A DNA stretch of 64,000 bases from Octopus sinensis (taxonomy: Eukaryota), in NCBI RefSeq assembly GCF_006345805.1, contig NC_043005.1:49352001-49416000 (forward strand), given 5' to 3'. The notes beneath the pieces were generated by a model. That model saw only the letters and a program-made list of their open reading frames with translations, made no database searches and was not told where the DNA came from. The stretch's first letter is position 1. Each line of letters starts with the position of its first letter. Of the stretch, positions 1 to 11,051 are shown piece by piece. Both the position numbers and the translations under genes were made by a program.

Positions 1-190
1 TTTCCGAAGAAATTAAACAAATAAGGCAAAAAACACCACAAACTACAGAAGAAGGAATGGAATTTACAACAGTAAAATCCCAGAAAAGAAAAATGACCGC
101 AGCCCCAGACTTCCCTCCTCATACACAAGAAAAAAACAAACCCATCAACAGCTACTGTAGACACACAAGAAAAAAACCAATTTCTCAATC

Positions 191-815
191 CCACGCGCAT
201 TTATACACCCTAGCTTAATCTCTATAGAAATTCGCACTTATATTTTAATTTTGGAGTGGGGCTGCAAGAACTCAGCTTCTTCCTCATCCTTTTTTTTCTG
301 TGGTGTGATCGCTGGACTTACTCCTGCCGGCCACCTCTAGGATAACTTCCCGTATGTCATCTGCGTATCTGGTTTTTAATTAATTAAATAATCCTACCTC
401 CATCCTGGCTATCCGGATGTGACGTGGCATGTCTTTACTTGTTTTGCAAACTTATGCTTTATGATGTGCACGAATGACACAGAACAAAATAGTGTCATTC
501 AATGACAGCAATGCTGTTTTATCCAGAGTCATTCGTGTACATCATAAAGCATAAGTTTACAAAACAAGTAAAGACATGCCACGTCACATCCGGATAGCCA
601 GGATGGAGGTAGGATTATTTAATGAATTAAAAACCAGATACGCAGATGACATACGGGAAGTTATCCTAGAGGTGGCCGGCAGGAGTAAGTCCAGCGATCA
701 CACCACAGAAAAAAAAGGATGAGGAAGAAGCTGAGTTCTTGCAGCCCCACTCCAAAATTAAAATATAAGTGCGAATTTCTATAGAGATTAAGCTAGGGTG
801 TATAAATGCGCGTGG
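191..815. repeat. Long inverted repeat: 288-bp arms (191-478 and 528-815) with a 49-bp spacer
   Basis: ccacgcgcatttatacacc... at 191 is the reverse complement of ...ggtgtataaatgcgcgtgg ending at 815. I found 3 mismatches by eye across the arms. Confidence 0.95.
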
Positions 816-2555
816 CCTACAGTCGAAATGGAAACAAACTTGTCTCCTGGATGACCTTGGGTCACTAGAAATTGATATATGTCTTGTAACTGAGTCCAAG
901 CTGAGTAGGCCACAAGCGTTCTCGCCCCTTCTAAATGGCTACGAGAAGTTTATTTCTTCTAGTCAGCGGGGATGGAGGCGTGGTGGTCTTATTCAGGAAA
1001 AGCTTGGACGTGCAAGTAAGTACAGTCTTTCTGGACCTAGAAGGTAGGCTGGTCGTTTTAGATGTAACACACGTAAGTAAACAGTCCTTCAGGTTGGTAG
1101 CTGTCTATGCACCAAATAAGTGTTGACAGGCTGGTTTTTACCGGGACCTGGAGAGTTTCTTAGTGACGTCAAAAATTCTAGTTATACTAGGAGACTTTAA
1201 CACTATTCTCGACGCACGGGTGGATAGTGTTGGCTCGACCGATGGAAGCGGAAGTCCTGGCTTCAAAAGGCTACTAGAGAGCTATAATATAGAAGATTGG
1301 TATAGACTGGATGCACCGCTCGTTCCACAGTGGACGTGGTATAATAACAACAGTCATTCAGATCTTATATAGATAGGATATTCGTTAGAGATAGAGATAG
1401 GGATACGTTTAATTGTCCACGCTTTTGTTGTGTCCTCTACACGGACCACAAGTTTGTGACGTGTATGGTGTACCTGGTTAAGTGTCATAGACAGGTACCT
1501 GAGTACTGGAAAATGAACAAGTCTATTTTGACTTGTAAACCTTCCGTGATCGTGTTAAAGAGTTAGTGCAGAGGGCATTAACCGGTGCCATTATTAATAA
1601 TAGGTGGTGGTGTGCCCTCAAACGAGCCTTCGTTCTGAGTCTATTAGATTTAGCAAGCAGTTAAGTCTAGATAAGACTAGAATTGAAGGGACGTTAACTA
1701 AGGAATTAGATGAAGCCATGGAGTCTGACTCTGCATCCAGAGTGATGGCGGCAAGAGCGGTTTTGTACCGCCATCTCAAAGCCAAACACGAAGGATGTAG
1801 AGTCAGAGCTGGACGGAAGGTCCTGTTAAGTTGCTTGGAGTCTGGTTTGAACCGGTTTCCCAGACGGAGAAGAATTGGAGAGGGTGGCAGCCCTAATCCG
1901 GACCTGGTCTGGAAGGGCGGAGGTGGTGCAGGTGTATATTGCATCTGTTATCACCTACCGTCTGAACGTTGTCCCTTGCGCTGATTCATGGCTAAACAAG
2001 TTGGAACGCCTTCTCTTCCGCTTTTTGTGGAAGGGATAAAAGCCGCTTGTGAGGCACTCTATCTGCTACCAAAAACCGCTAAAGGGTGAGACAGGGATGC
2101 ATGACTGATGATGCGCAAACATGCGCTGAGACTGAGGCACCTCTGGCTCTACCTGGAGGGTGGTCAGGTGTGGAATCCGCTGGTGGAGACATTCTTTCTG
2201 TGATGGGCCTCCTTGGAGGAATTCAAACCCAATTTCATAAAAAGACGGAACCTGACTGAATGGCAAAAAAAGTGCCAACAGGCACTCGTGCTAATCAACA
2301 AGGCGGGCAAAGCCGGCAGCGGGAGTACCACCACGATACTCTATAGCGGGCTGGTAGAGTTCAAGAGGGATGACGTCCTAGGAGAAGCTCTGGGGCTCGA
2401 TGAGGGCCAGCTAACCAATCTGGTCCAAAGAACTTTCGGATCGGGGTACCTGGATAACTACGAGAAATCCCTGACCTGGCAGTGCTAGAGGAATGCTTTA
2501 TCTGTTTGTGATAAACTGTCTAGGCATGGGATGTCTGTGCCACCGGCATGCTAGA
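528..2555 (+). mobile_element. Tx1/L1-clade LINE, degenerate: end of ORF1, AP endonuclease, RT deleted, partial C-terminus
   Basis: The endonuclease motifs IKLGCINARGL, CLVTESK, VAVYAPN, ILGDFNTILD and YIDRIF appear across frameshifts. Positions 1808-2555 align by eye with 30936-31740 of the Tx1 copy later in the window. Confidence 0.85.
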
Positions 2556-2559
2556 GCAT

Positions 2560-3909
2560 AGTGTTCGTATAACTTATTTTTGGCAAGGAAATGTTCTACA
2601 AATGTGTTTTTCTGTTGAAGGCCGCTTTACTTTTGCAGTAACATCGATGGACTTTTCGAATGTTTATCACAAAATCATGATCATGCAGAGTGGCGTTTGT
2701 TTATTGACTCTTCAAAAGGGAGTTTAAATGCTGTACTTCTCCATAATGATAATTTGAAGCTCTCCATTCCTATTGCACACTCGGTTCATCTTCAAGAATC
2801 AAATGAGAATATGGAACTTTTACTTCATGCCATTGCTTATGAAAGATACTCACGGAAAATATGTGGAGATTTAAAAGCCATTGGAATGTTAATGGGAATG
2901 CAGTCAGGCTTCACAAAATACTGTTGTTTCTTGTGTCTATGGGATAATCGGGCAACTGACATTATTCAAAATCAAACTGGCAGACAAGAACATCATACCA
3001 GCCAAGACTGTCTAGCGTCAAGAATACACCTCTTGTAGATCCGTGTAATGTCCTATTGCTTCCTTTGCACATAAGGCTTGGACTGATGAAACAGTTGGTA
3101 AAGACACTAGAGAAGAGAAATGCCAGACGGTTAGAGTATATTGTAGAAAAGTTTCCCAAAATCACACAGGCTAAGTTGAAAGAAAATATCTTTGTCGGAC
3201 CCCATATTAGAGAAGTACTCAAATATGTCAACTTCAAGGCAACACTGGATGTACTGGAACTGCATGCCTGGAATTCTTTCAGTTGGATCTGTGAGAATTT
3301 CTTGGGCAACAAGAAGGCAACGGACTACAAGGATGGCATCAAGAATCTTCTGAAATGTTACTTAGTAATGGATTGTCGCATGTCATTGAAACTTCACTTC
3401 TTGGACTCCCACCTGGATTTCTTCGCAGATAACCTTGGAGCAGTGTCTGCTGAACACTGTGAAAGATTTCACCAGGACATTAGTGCTATAGAGAAACGGT
3501 ACCAAGGCTTCTGGAATGACAGTATGTTGGCTGACTACTGCTGGACACTTTAATGTGATCAACCAGATCAGGAACACCACAGGAAATCCAAATCACAGTG
3601 TTTCTAACTCCGTTGTTCTAACTTTGTCTGTTTTGTCTGGCCCATTTTTTGTGTATTCACTCTTTGTAGAATGATAGTGATGATTTTTAACTCAATAAAC
3701 TCATTTGCTTTCTAAAAATAATATGTCCTTATTTATTACGTTTAATGATTTCATATATACAAATATGTAGATTTGCATGTATCTACTGAAAAATTGATAT
3801 GTGCTGCATACAATTGGAGTGAAATTTTGAAATCAGCTTGAAAAATTAGTCTCAAAAAGTTGGTTTCCATTCATAATGAATATAATACATTTAATTTTGT
3901 TGGCCAGTG
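2560..3909 (+). mobile_element. DNA transposon 3' part, probably Chapaev3-like (CMC superfamily), with disrupted transposase
   Basis: ORFs 2697-3038 and 3056-3553 contain WRLFIDSSK, ICGDLK, KYCCFLCLWD, LPLHIRLGLMKQLVK, SLKLHFLDSHLDFF and EHCERFHQD. The element ends ttttgttggccagtg followed by TAA. The superfamily assignment is from memory. Confidence 0.65.
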
Positions 3910-4183
3910 TAATCAGAGTGGCACAAATTAGAGCCGATGACAAGCAAAATTTCACCAGCATGCATCCTATTTATTTACTTTCTCTCTCGCATTTCCCACT
4001 CCCATTTTAATTGGCTTTTGAATTTGCTTACTATTTATTTTCATTCACACTTTCCTTTTCACAATGCCTTTTATTTATATTCAACCTGTTATGTAAGACT
4101 TCGTTGTTCAGAAACTGCATTTACAATTCGTTGAAAATCCATGGGTTATTTCCCAATTTTAGTGAGAATTTATACACAAATAT

Positions 4184-4342
4184 AGGTGCAGGCATAGCAA
4201 TGTAGTAAGCAGTTTACTTCCCAACCACATAGTTTCGGGTTCAGTTCACTGTGCAGCACCTTGGACAAGTGTTTCCACTATAGTCCTGGGCCGAGCAAAG
4301 CCTCGTGAGTGGATTTGTTAGACGGAAACTGAAAGAAGCCCA
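4184..4342 (+). mobile_element. tRNA-derived SINE family A (octopus-type), 5' part
   Basis: The head ggtgcagg...gtagtaagcagtttacttcccaaccacatagtttcgggttcag matches many other copies in the window and is followed by a microsatellite. Confidence 0.8.
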
Positions 4343-6189
4343 CCTTCTACACACACACACACATACACGTAAGTGCGTACGTACGTACGTATGTATGTAT
4401 GTATGTATGTATGTATGTATGTATGTATGTATGTATGTCAAGTCACTTTCGAGTGCTACTGGTAACATGTAACGCAGTACAACCTGTTGCATGGTCGGGT
4501 CGTCGGTGACTAAAACGGCACCCCCACCAAGCTTGCTTGGTGAGGAGGGTGTTTATTGGACACCCTGCGAGATGAAAAACAAAACCCGTCAAAGGGCGGA
4601 GGAACTCTTGAGAGTCAACGGCCATCCAATAAATGTCTTAAGGCTGTATCATGCACGGACACGTAAAAATAATCGGACTGAATACCTGATCGTGTAGTTA
4701 AACCATTGGCAGTGAAGGACTCCTAGCCTTTGTTAGGGCATCCTTCTAGGAGAAGATAACTCAGGTAACTGGGATAACTCCGACATAAAACCTGCGGCTC
4801 TGTGGTTACAGATAATGTTGACTTGTTCTTCTTTTCGGATTATGGCTGCTATTGCTTAGTGAGTGGGATTGACTCAGCGCACAGCTTTTCCTCACTTAAA
4901 AAAAAATCTTCTTGCACAGACATTGCACGATAACACCATCGATTAAGCTTCGTGCAATGGCCATACTCGATAACGAGGGGGGCAGACACTATGTATGTAT
5001 GTATGTATGTATGTATGTATGTATGTATGTATGTATGTATGTATGTATGTATGTATGTATGTATGTGTACCTTTGTGTTTTGTGACCTCTCACCACCGTT
5101 TGACAGCCGGTTTTTGTTTGTTTACATCTCCTGCAATGTGATGCCTCTAACAGAATGTCCGGTATCCACAGACTGCCAAATCTCTCTGTCAGCGATATAT
5201 GGAATTTCAGCAGATGTTCAAGCACTAGTGTCGTAAATAGTCAACAGATATATTTGAAAAGAAAAAATGATTATTAGCGACAGAGGTAGTATTAATACTA
5301 AAAAACAACCTTTATATCCAACTTAATTTGGGTGTTATTGTTAGAACGCCAAATACGGCATTGTTTACCTTGAGAGAAATTTTCACATGAATGCATGATG
5401 CACAAAAACACACATATTTATATCGCTGGCAGGCGAGAATCGTCTGCTACGGGCACATAAACGGCCGGGTCATGTGATTTCGACGTGTCCGTCTCTTCAC
5501 AGGCAGAACGACCAGTAGCCGGATTTCTCACATAGGCGCACGGTGTGTCCACGTCTTTTGTGCATGTTTTCCATGTGTTCCTTTATCGACTACCTTTGCA
5601 ACTTTTCTGCTGCTTTCAACCTTCTATTAATCTTTCCCTACTAATTAAAAAAAAAAACACGGTTCTCTAACCACGTTTCATTTCTTGGTCGTTGCTTTCC
5701 TCACCGCCTCATCCCCAAAGGTTTCCGCCTCAGGACATATTTGTGCAATTTTTCGCAAAAAAAAAACAAAACTTTACCGAGGATTTTTTTGCTTTTTAAA
5801 TTATTTACATATCTGTTTGACCGTTTCACCCAACTTTATTCATTAAAACTCATTAAAACTTCGGAAGAAGCTCTTACAACTTTGGTCGTCGTAATCCTTT
5901 GCTTTCGTTTGCTTAGGAAAAATTCCTCCCACTAATGAATTTGCTTTCATTTTGTGATAGACAGCTATCATGCGGAAAATGCCTACTTCCAAATTCTGTT
6001 TTCTGATTAGGTAAAATTGATTAAAATTTAAACCACAGTAATATTTTCCTGCAATTTTTCTGGAACAAATAAATAACAAAATCGGATTTAACGTGGAAAA
6101 TTATTTCAATATACCAAATTTTAAAATCTCACAATATGCGACAGCAAGGGGGAAGGCACTACAAAAGTAAAGAGACAGAGAGTTTTAGG

Positions 6190-6321
6190 ACGTCTCTCAC
6201 ACACACACACGCGCACACACACATACGCACACACACGCACACACATATACATTTACAAACATACGCAGGTTTTCCCGAGAATGGTGTATAGTAGACATGC
6301 ATGTATGTATGTACGTATGTA

Positions 6322-6414
<93 letters not shown>

Positions 6415-6586
6415 GTATGTGTGTGTGTGTATGTAGAAATGCCACCAACCCTCTCACTCCTCAAAGCTGCGTATTCCTCACACCTACCTTTCTCTCCCTT
6501 CATCGGCGTTTTAAAAGTTAGTTGTGTGTGTGTGTGTATGTGTGTGTATGTGTGTAGTGTGTGTATGTGTGTGTGTGTGTGTGTGT

Positions 6587-6631
<45 letters not shown>

Positions 6632-6632
6632 A
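6190..6632. repeat. Compound microsatellites (CA)n, (CT)n, (TA)n, (TG)n
   Basis: Read directly from the sequence. Confidence 0.95.
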
Positions 6633-7002
6633 TGTATCTATGTATTTACGAAATCATCTCTGCGGCCTCGCGTGTATATGACAGTTGTATTAATGTTATC
6701 CCATTGCTACTCCATATTTGCCGCTGACAGAACATTGCACTCGTCTTCCTTGATATCAATAACACTCACTCTGCTGCTACGTTTCCCTCTGACTAATACT
6801 TTTTGCACCCTTCACATTCTATCATATATACCCCCCCCAAGGGGCAAATTATAGATTTATATTGAAATCTAATTAGCCTATTATTGAACTGAATGTTAGT
6901 GTAACATGTATGCAAAGTTTGGTGAATATTTGTTCCACTTGTTTAGGAAGTAAGATGGTATCAGACAGACAGAAATTGCCATTTATAGAGTATATATATG
7001 TA

Positions 7003-7163
7003 TACGACGGGCTTCTTTCAGTTTCCGTCTACCAAGTCTATTCAGAAGCCTTTTGTCAGCCCGAGACTATAGTGGAAGACACTTGCCCAAGGTGCTACGC
7101 TGTGGGACTGAACCCGAAACCATGTGTTGGGAAGCAAGCCTCTTATCACACAGCGACGTCTGC
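7003..7163 (-). mobile_element. SINE family A, 5' part
   Basis: tacgacgggcttctttcagtttccgtctacc...gggactgaacccgaaaccatgtg is the reverse complement of the family A head. Confidence 0.85.
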
Positions 7164-7254
7164 TATATCTAAAATAATTGTCGATGCTCATAGATGCAAC
7201 ACCTTTGGTTATATAACTCTGTTTTTTTTTTCAGCTTGGCTCTTACTATTTCGT

Positions 7255-7765
7255 CCGTCCGTGTCGACGATGACCAAGGACATGACATAGGAGAAGAGGA
7301 TGAAGCACAGTGTGTCCAGCTGTGATCGATCAATCCGTAACCTGTTCGGAGAACTCTGTCACAAGTGGGGCACTGGTGGTCTGTTGGGATTGAAGGCAAG
7401 GTGTTAGCTCTAGACTTGCGCAATCCGTGTTTTCTTTATGCCTCGGTAATCATGTTCTATTCATAGGAGGTGACGCCTCTGTTGATGCCGCTCCACCAAG
7501 TAGGGTGGTCTTGTGCTTTGTTTTCCTGGTATCGGGGTCGATCTTAAAGCTCTTCAATGAGGCTTTAAGTGAATCCTTGATGTGCTTTTTCTGTCCAACT
7601 TGTGTGCGCTTGCCTTCCACCAATTTTCTACAAAATAGTCTCTTGGGGAGTTGCGTGCCAGGTATTCGAACAAGATGGGCCTGCCCACCTAACTTGTGCT
7701 CTCCTCAGCAGTAAGTAAATGCTAGGAAGATCAGCTCGAGATTGGACCTCCGTGTCTGTGACCTT
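7255..7765 (-). mobile_element. RTE-clade (BovB-like) LINE, 3' fragment
   Basis: The minus-strand translation gives LPKRLFCRKLVEGKRTQVGQKKHIKDSLKASLK and RKSRANTLPSIPTDHQCPTCDRVLRTGYGLIDHSWTH, a C2H2-like RTE C-terminus. Confidence 0.8.
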
Positions 7766-7938
7766 GTCTCACTAGATGATTTTCAACAGCTTTCTCAAGC
7801 ATTTCATATGGAAGTCGTTTAACTTTTTGGCGTGGTATTCGAAAACCGTTCAAATTTGGTTAATAAAACACACACACACACACACACACACATATATGTA
7901 TGTATGTATGTATGTATGTATATATGCATGTATGTATG

Positions 7939-7980
<42 letters not shown>

Positions 7981-8022
7981 TATATATATATATATATATC
8001 TGTATGTATATATATATATATA

Positions 8023-9307
8023 CGAGGGACGTTCAATAAGTAATGCCCCTGACCCACTTGCAGTTGTTTGATCTAGCTGAAATTTTGCATATGCAATTAT
8101 TTATATCGCTATAGATCAAGTGGCAAATTACAGCTCTGAACTAATTGTGGTTTCTGATTTACAGGTGTTTGAACTGAGTCAAGTGTGAAATGGAGCCTGT
8201 TGAGTATCGAGCAGTGATCCGGTTTTTGTATTTGAAAGGACGCACACCACGGGAGACTTTTGATGAAATGAAAGTAACTTATGGTGATGATGCCCCATCA
8301 TATGACCTTGTAAAACGCTGGCATCGTGAATTCAAACATGGTCGGAACTCTGTGGAAACAGCTCCCAGATCTGGTCGCCCCCCTTCTGCCATTGATGAGG
8401 CATCTGTACGCCAAGTTGAGGCTGCCATTTTGGAAGATCGACGCATAACAATTCACCAAATAGTCCATGAGGTCAAGATTAGTACCGGGTCTGTGGAAAC
8501 TATCATTTATGACCATTTGCATATGCAAAAGGTGTCTGCCAGATGGATTCCCAGGTTGCTCACACCTTTCCAGAAGCAAGAACGCGTCGAGTGCTCGAGG
8601 ATGAAGTTGGAGATGTGCCAAGAAGATGAGTCAAAATTTTTCAAAAGACTGATTACACAGGATGAAATCTGGGTCCATCACTATGATCCAGAGACCAAAG
8701 CCCAGTCAATGCAGGGGAAGCACCGTGACTCACCTCCTCCAAAGAAGGCAAGGGTGCAGCCCTCCGCTGGCAAGGTCATGCTCACAGTCTTCTGGACCAG
8801 GACGGAGTAGTGATAACAGATTTCCTGGCAAAGGGTACAACAATTACAGGAGCCTATTATGCTTCACTTTTGAGGAAATTAAGAGAAGCTATCAAAATCA
8901 AGAGGCGAGACAAGATCAGCAAAGGCATCCTCCTCCTGCAGGACAACGCTCCGGTCCACAACTCGCGTGTCGCCAGATCAGAAGCACGGGCGTGCCCCCC
9001 CCCCATCCCCCTACTCTCCTGACCTTGCACACTCTGATTTTCACCTCTTCTCAGCCATGAAGTTGTTTTTGAAAGGAAAAAAAGCGTTTCCCAGATGATG
9101 CAGCCTTGATTTCTGAAGTCACGTCGTGGTTGGAAGACCAAGCTGGGGTCTTCTACAAAAACGGTCTCCAGAGCTGCATCAAACGATGGGAGAAATGCGT
9201 AACTCTGGGTGGTTCCTATGTAGAAAATGACTAATAACTGTGCCAAGTTTCGTTGCTCTACTGCTATGGGAAGTGGGTCAGGGGCATTACTTATTGAACG
9301 CCCCTCG
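8023..9307 (+). mobile_element. Full-length mariner (DD34D, irritans-like) with 2 lesions in the transposase
   Basis: 37-bp TIRs cgaggg(a/g)cgttcaataagtaatgcccctgacccactt with 1 mismatch and TA on both sides. ORF from 8190 (MEPVEYRAVIRFLYLKG...ITQDEIW...KVMLTVFW), then QDNAPVH and YSPDLAHSDFHLF. There is a 1-nt deletion near 8795 and a short deletion near 8995. Confidence 0.95.
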
Positions 9308-9330
9308 TATATATATATATATACATACAT

Positions 9331-9373
<43 letters not shown>

Positions 9374-9987
9374 ACGAAAGAAAGAAAGAGTAGGTAACTA
9401 TAAACAGCGTAAATGTGTTTGGGCGTTGTAAGTGCATGCATGTGTGCATTCATGTATATCGTACACAGCATGTATAGAACCATTCAATAGACAAAACCAT
9501 TTCATTTCAACTAGAGTAATTTTGTGTGTGAATGTGTGTGTGTATGTGAGTGTGTGTAAGTTTTGATATGTTTGTGTTTGTTATTGTTTAACTCATGGTC
9601 AATCATGATCGAGCATTTCCAGAAAACGTCAGCTTTCTGGAATTCTTTTCCCGCAGTTGTTTATCCTACTACTATTCAAGAGGAATATCTATCTCATATA
9701 TTTGAGAGGGCATGGATGATTCAAGCCCCCACCCCAAACCAAACTAAAAACGAGAGAGAGAGAGAGAGAGAGAGAGAGTTATACGATCAAAGGTGTTGCA
9801 GCTATGACCAACTATAATTATTTTAAAGATAATGTAATTAGGAATAGATTAACTAATGTATCCGCCATTTTCTAAGAATATAGATAGATTAATCTGCTTT
9901 TTCTAGCAGGCTGAGCGACAGCCTAGAACAAGGATCAACAACATATTGTTGTGTCCGATTGTTCTGGGCGGGAGATTTGGCTCACAT

Positions 9988-10784
9988 ATATATCATAAAT
10001 TGCATATAAAATGTCCCCTCGTACCCCTTCCCCATCTACGAGTTCAATTACCAATGATGCTTACGTAAAGTAAAAATTAAGCAAATCATGACACAAGACT
10101 CTCTAAATGCTAACAGCTTCTCTGTAGTTCATAAGACAAATCCTAACCCTAGACCAGGGTTTTCCAACCTTTTTGTGATTGCGTACCACTTGGAAGTTTC
10201 GGCAGCCGCCGCGTACAACCTGGTTCCAGAAAAACTCAATTCGATCAGATATCAGTTTAATCACAAGTAGAAAGTAAAAGAAAACATAAAAAACTAACAA
10301 CAAAGAACACAACTCAATTTAATGTGAAGGCTGAATTGTTTCTTTTCCCCCAGTTGGTCAATGTAGGGCATAACCTGCTCAAAACGCATCGGAAATAGCG
10401 GGCAGGCGCAGCAAGTCGTTCCGGCTCTTGGACTTGGTGGCAGTAAGGCTGAGAATTCCTGCTCACACACTCCCACGCGCAGGGAAAATCAGTAGCTGGG
10501 GAACAGGTGACGGGCTAGTGTCAGATACAACAAGCGCCATACTTAGCTAGAAGTTTATAGGAGAGCATTCTTTGTGCTTCGTCTTTGCTGTCTCGTCAGC
10601 CGAATATCTAAGAATTCCTCTTGTTCCCCGGTCCCGACAGGCAACTCGGCTGGATCACGGAGAATGGATTGGCGAGAATGTAGGCACATGTCACGTCCGG
10701 GAAGTAAATGCATCCAACTCAGTCTTGAGCAGTGAGGTGACGGACGATTTCTTGGGCAAATTCATCACTGGACTCCCTGTCAAA
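9988..10784 (-). mobile_element. Duplicate of 10885-11672 (flank plus right end of the hAT element) lying before the gap
   Basis: Near-identical to the sequence just after the N run and differs by small indels. The partial hAT copy starts at 10155. Confidence 0.9.
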
Positions 10785-10884
10785 NNNNNNNNNNNNNNNN
10801 NNNNNNNNNNNNNNNNNNNNNNNNNNNNNNNNNNNNNNNNNNNNNNNNNNNNNNNNNNNNNNNNNNNNNNNNNNNNNNNNNNNN
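10785..10884. other. Assembly gap (100 N)
   Basis: Run of exactly 100 N. Confidence 1.
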
Positions 10885-11051
10885 ATATATCATAAATTGC
10901 ATATAAAATGTCCCCTCGTACCCCTTCCCCATCTACGAGTTCAATTACCAATGATGCTTACGTAAAGTAAAAATTAAGCAAATCATGACACAAGACTCTC
11001 TAAATGCTAACAGCTTCTCTGTAGTTCATAAGACAAATCCTAACCCTAGAC

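Noticed and set aside
5230-6155. CpG-containing non-microsatellite block, a possible DNA transposon or promoter
   Set aside because: I found no convincing TIR pair, TSD or recognisable peptide on either strand.
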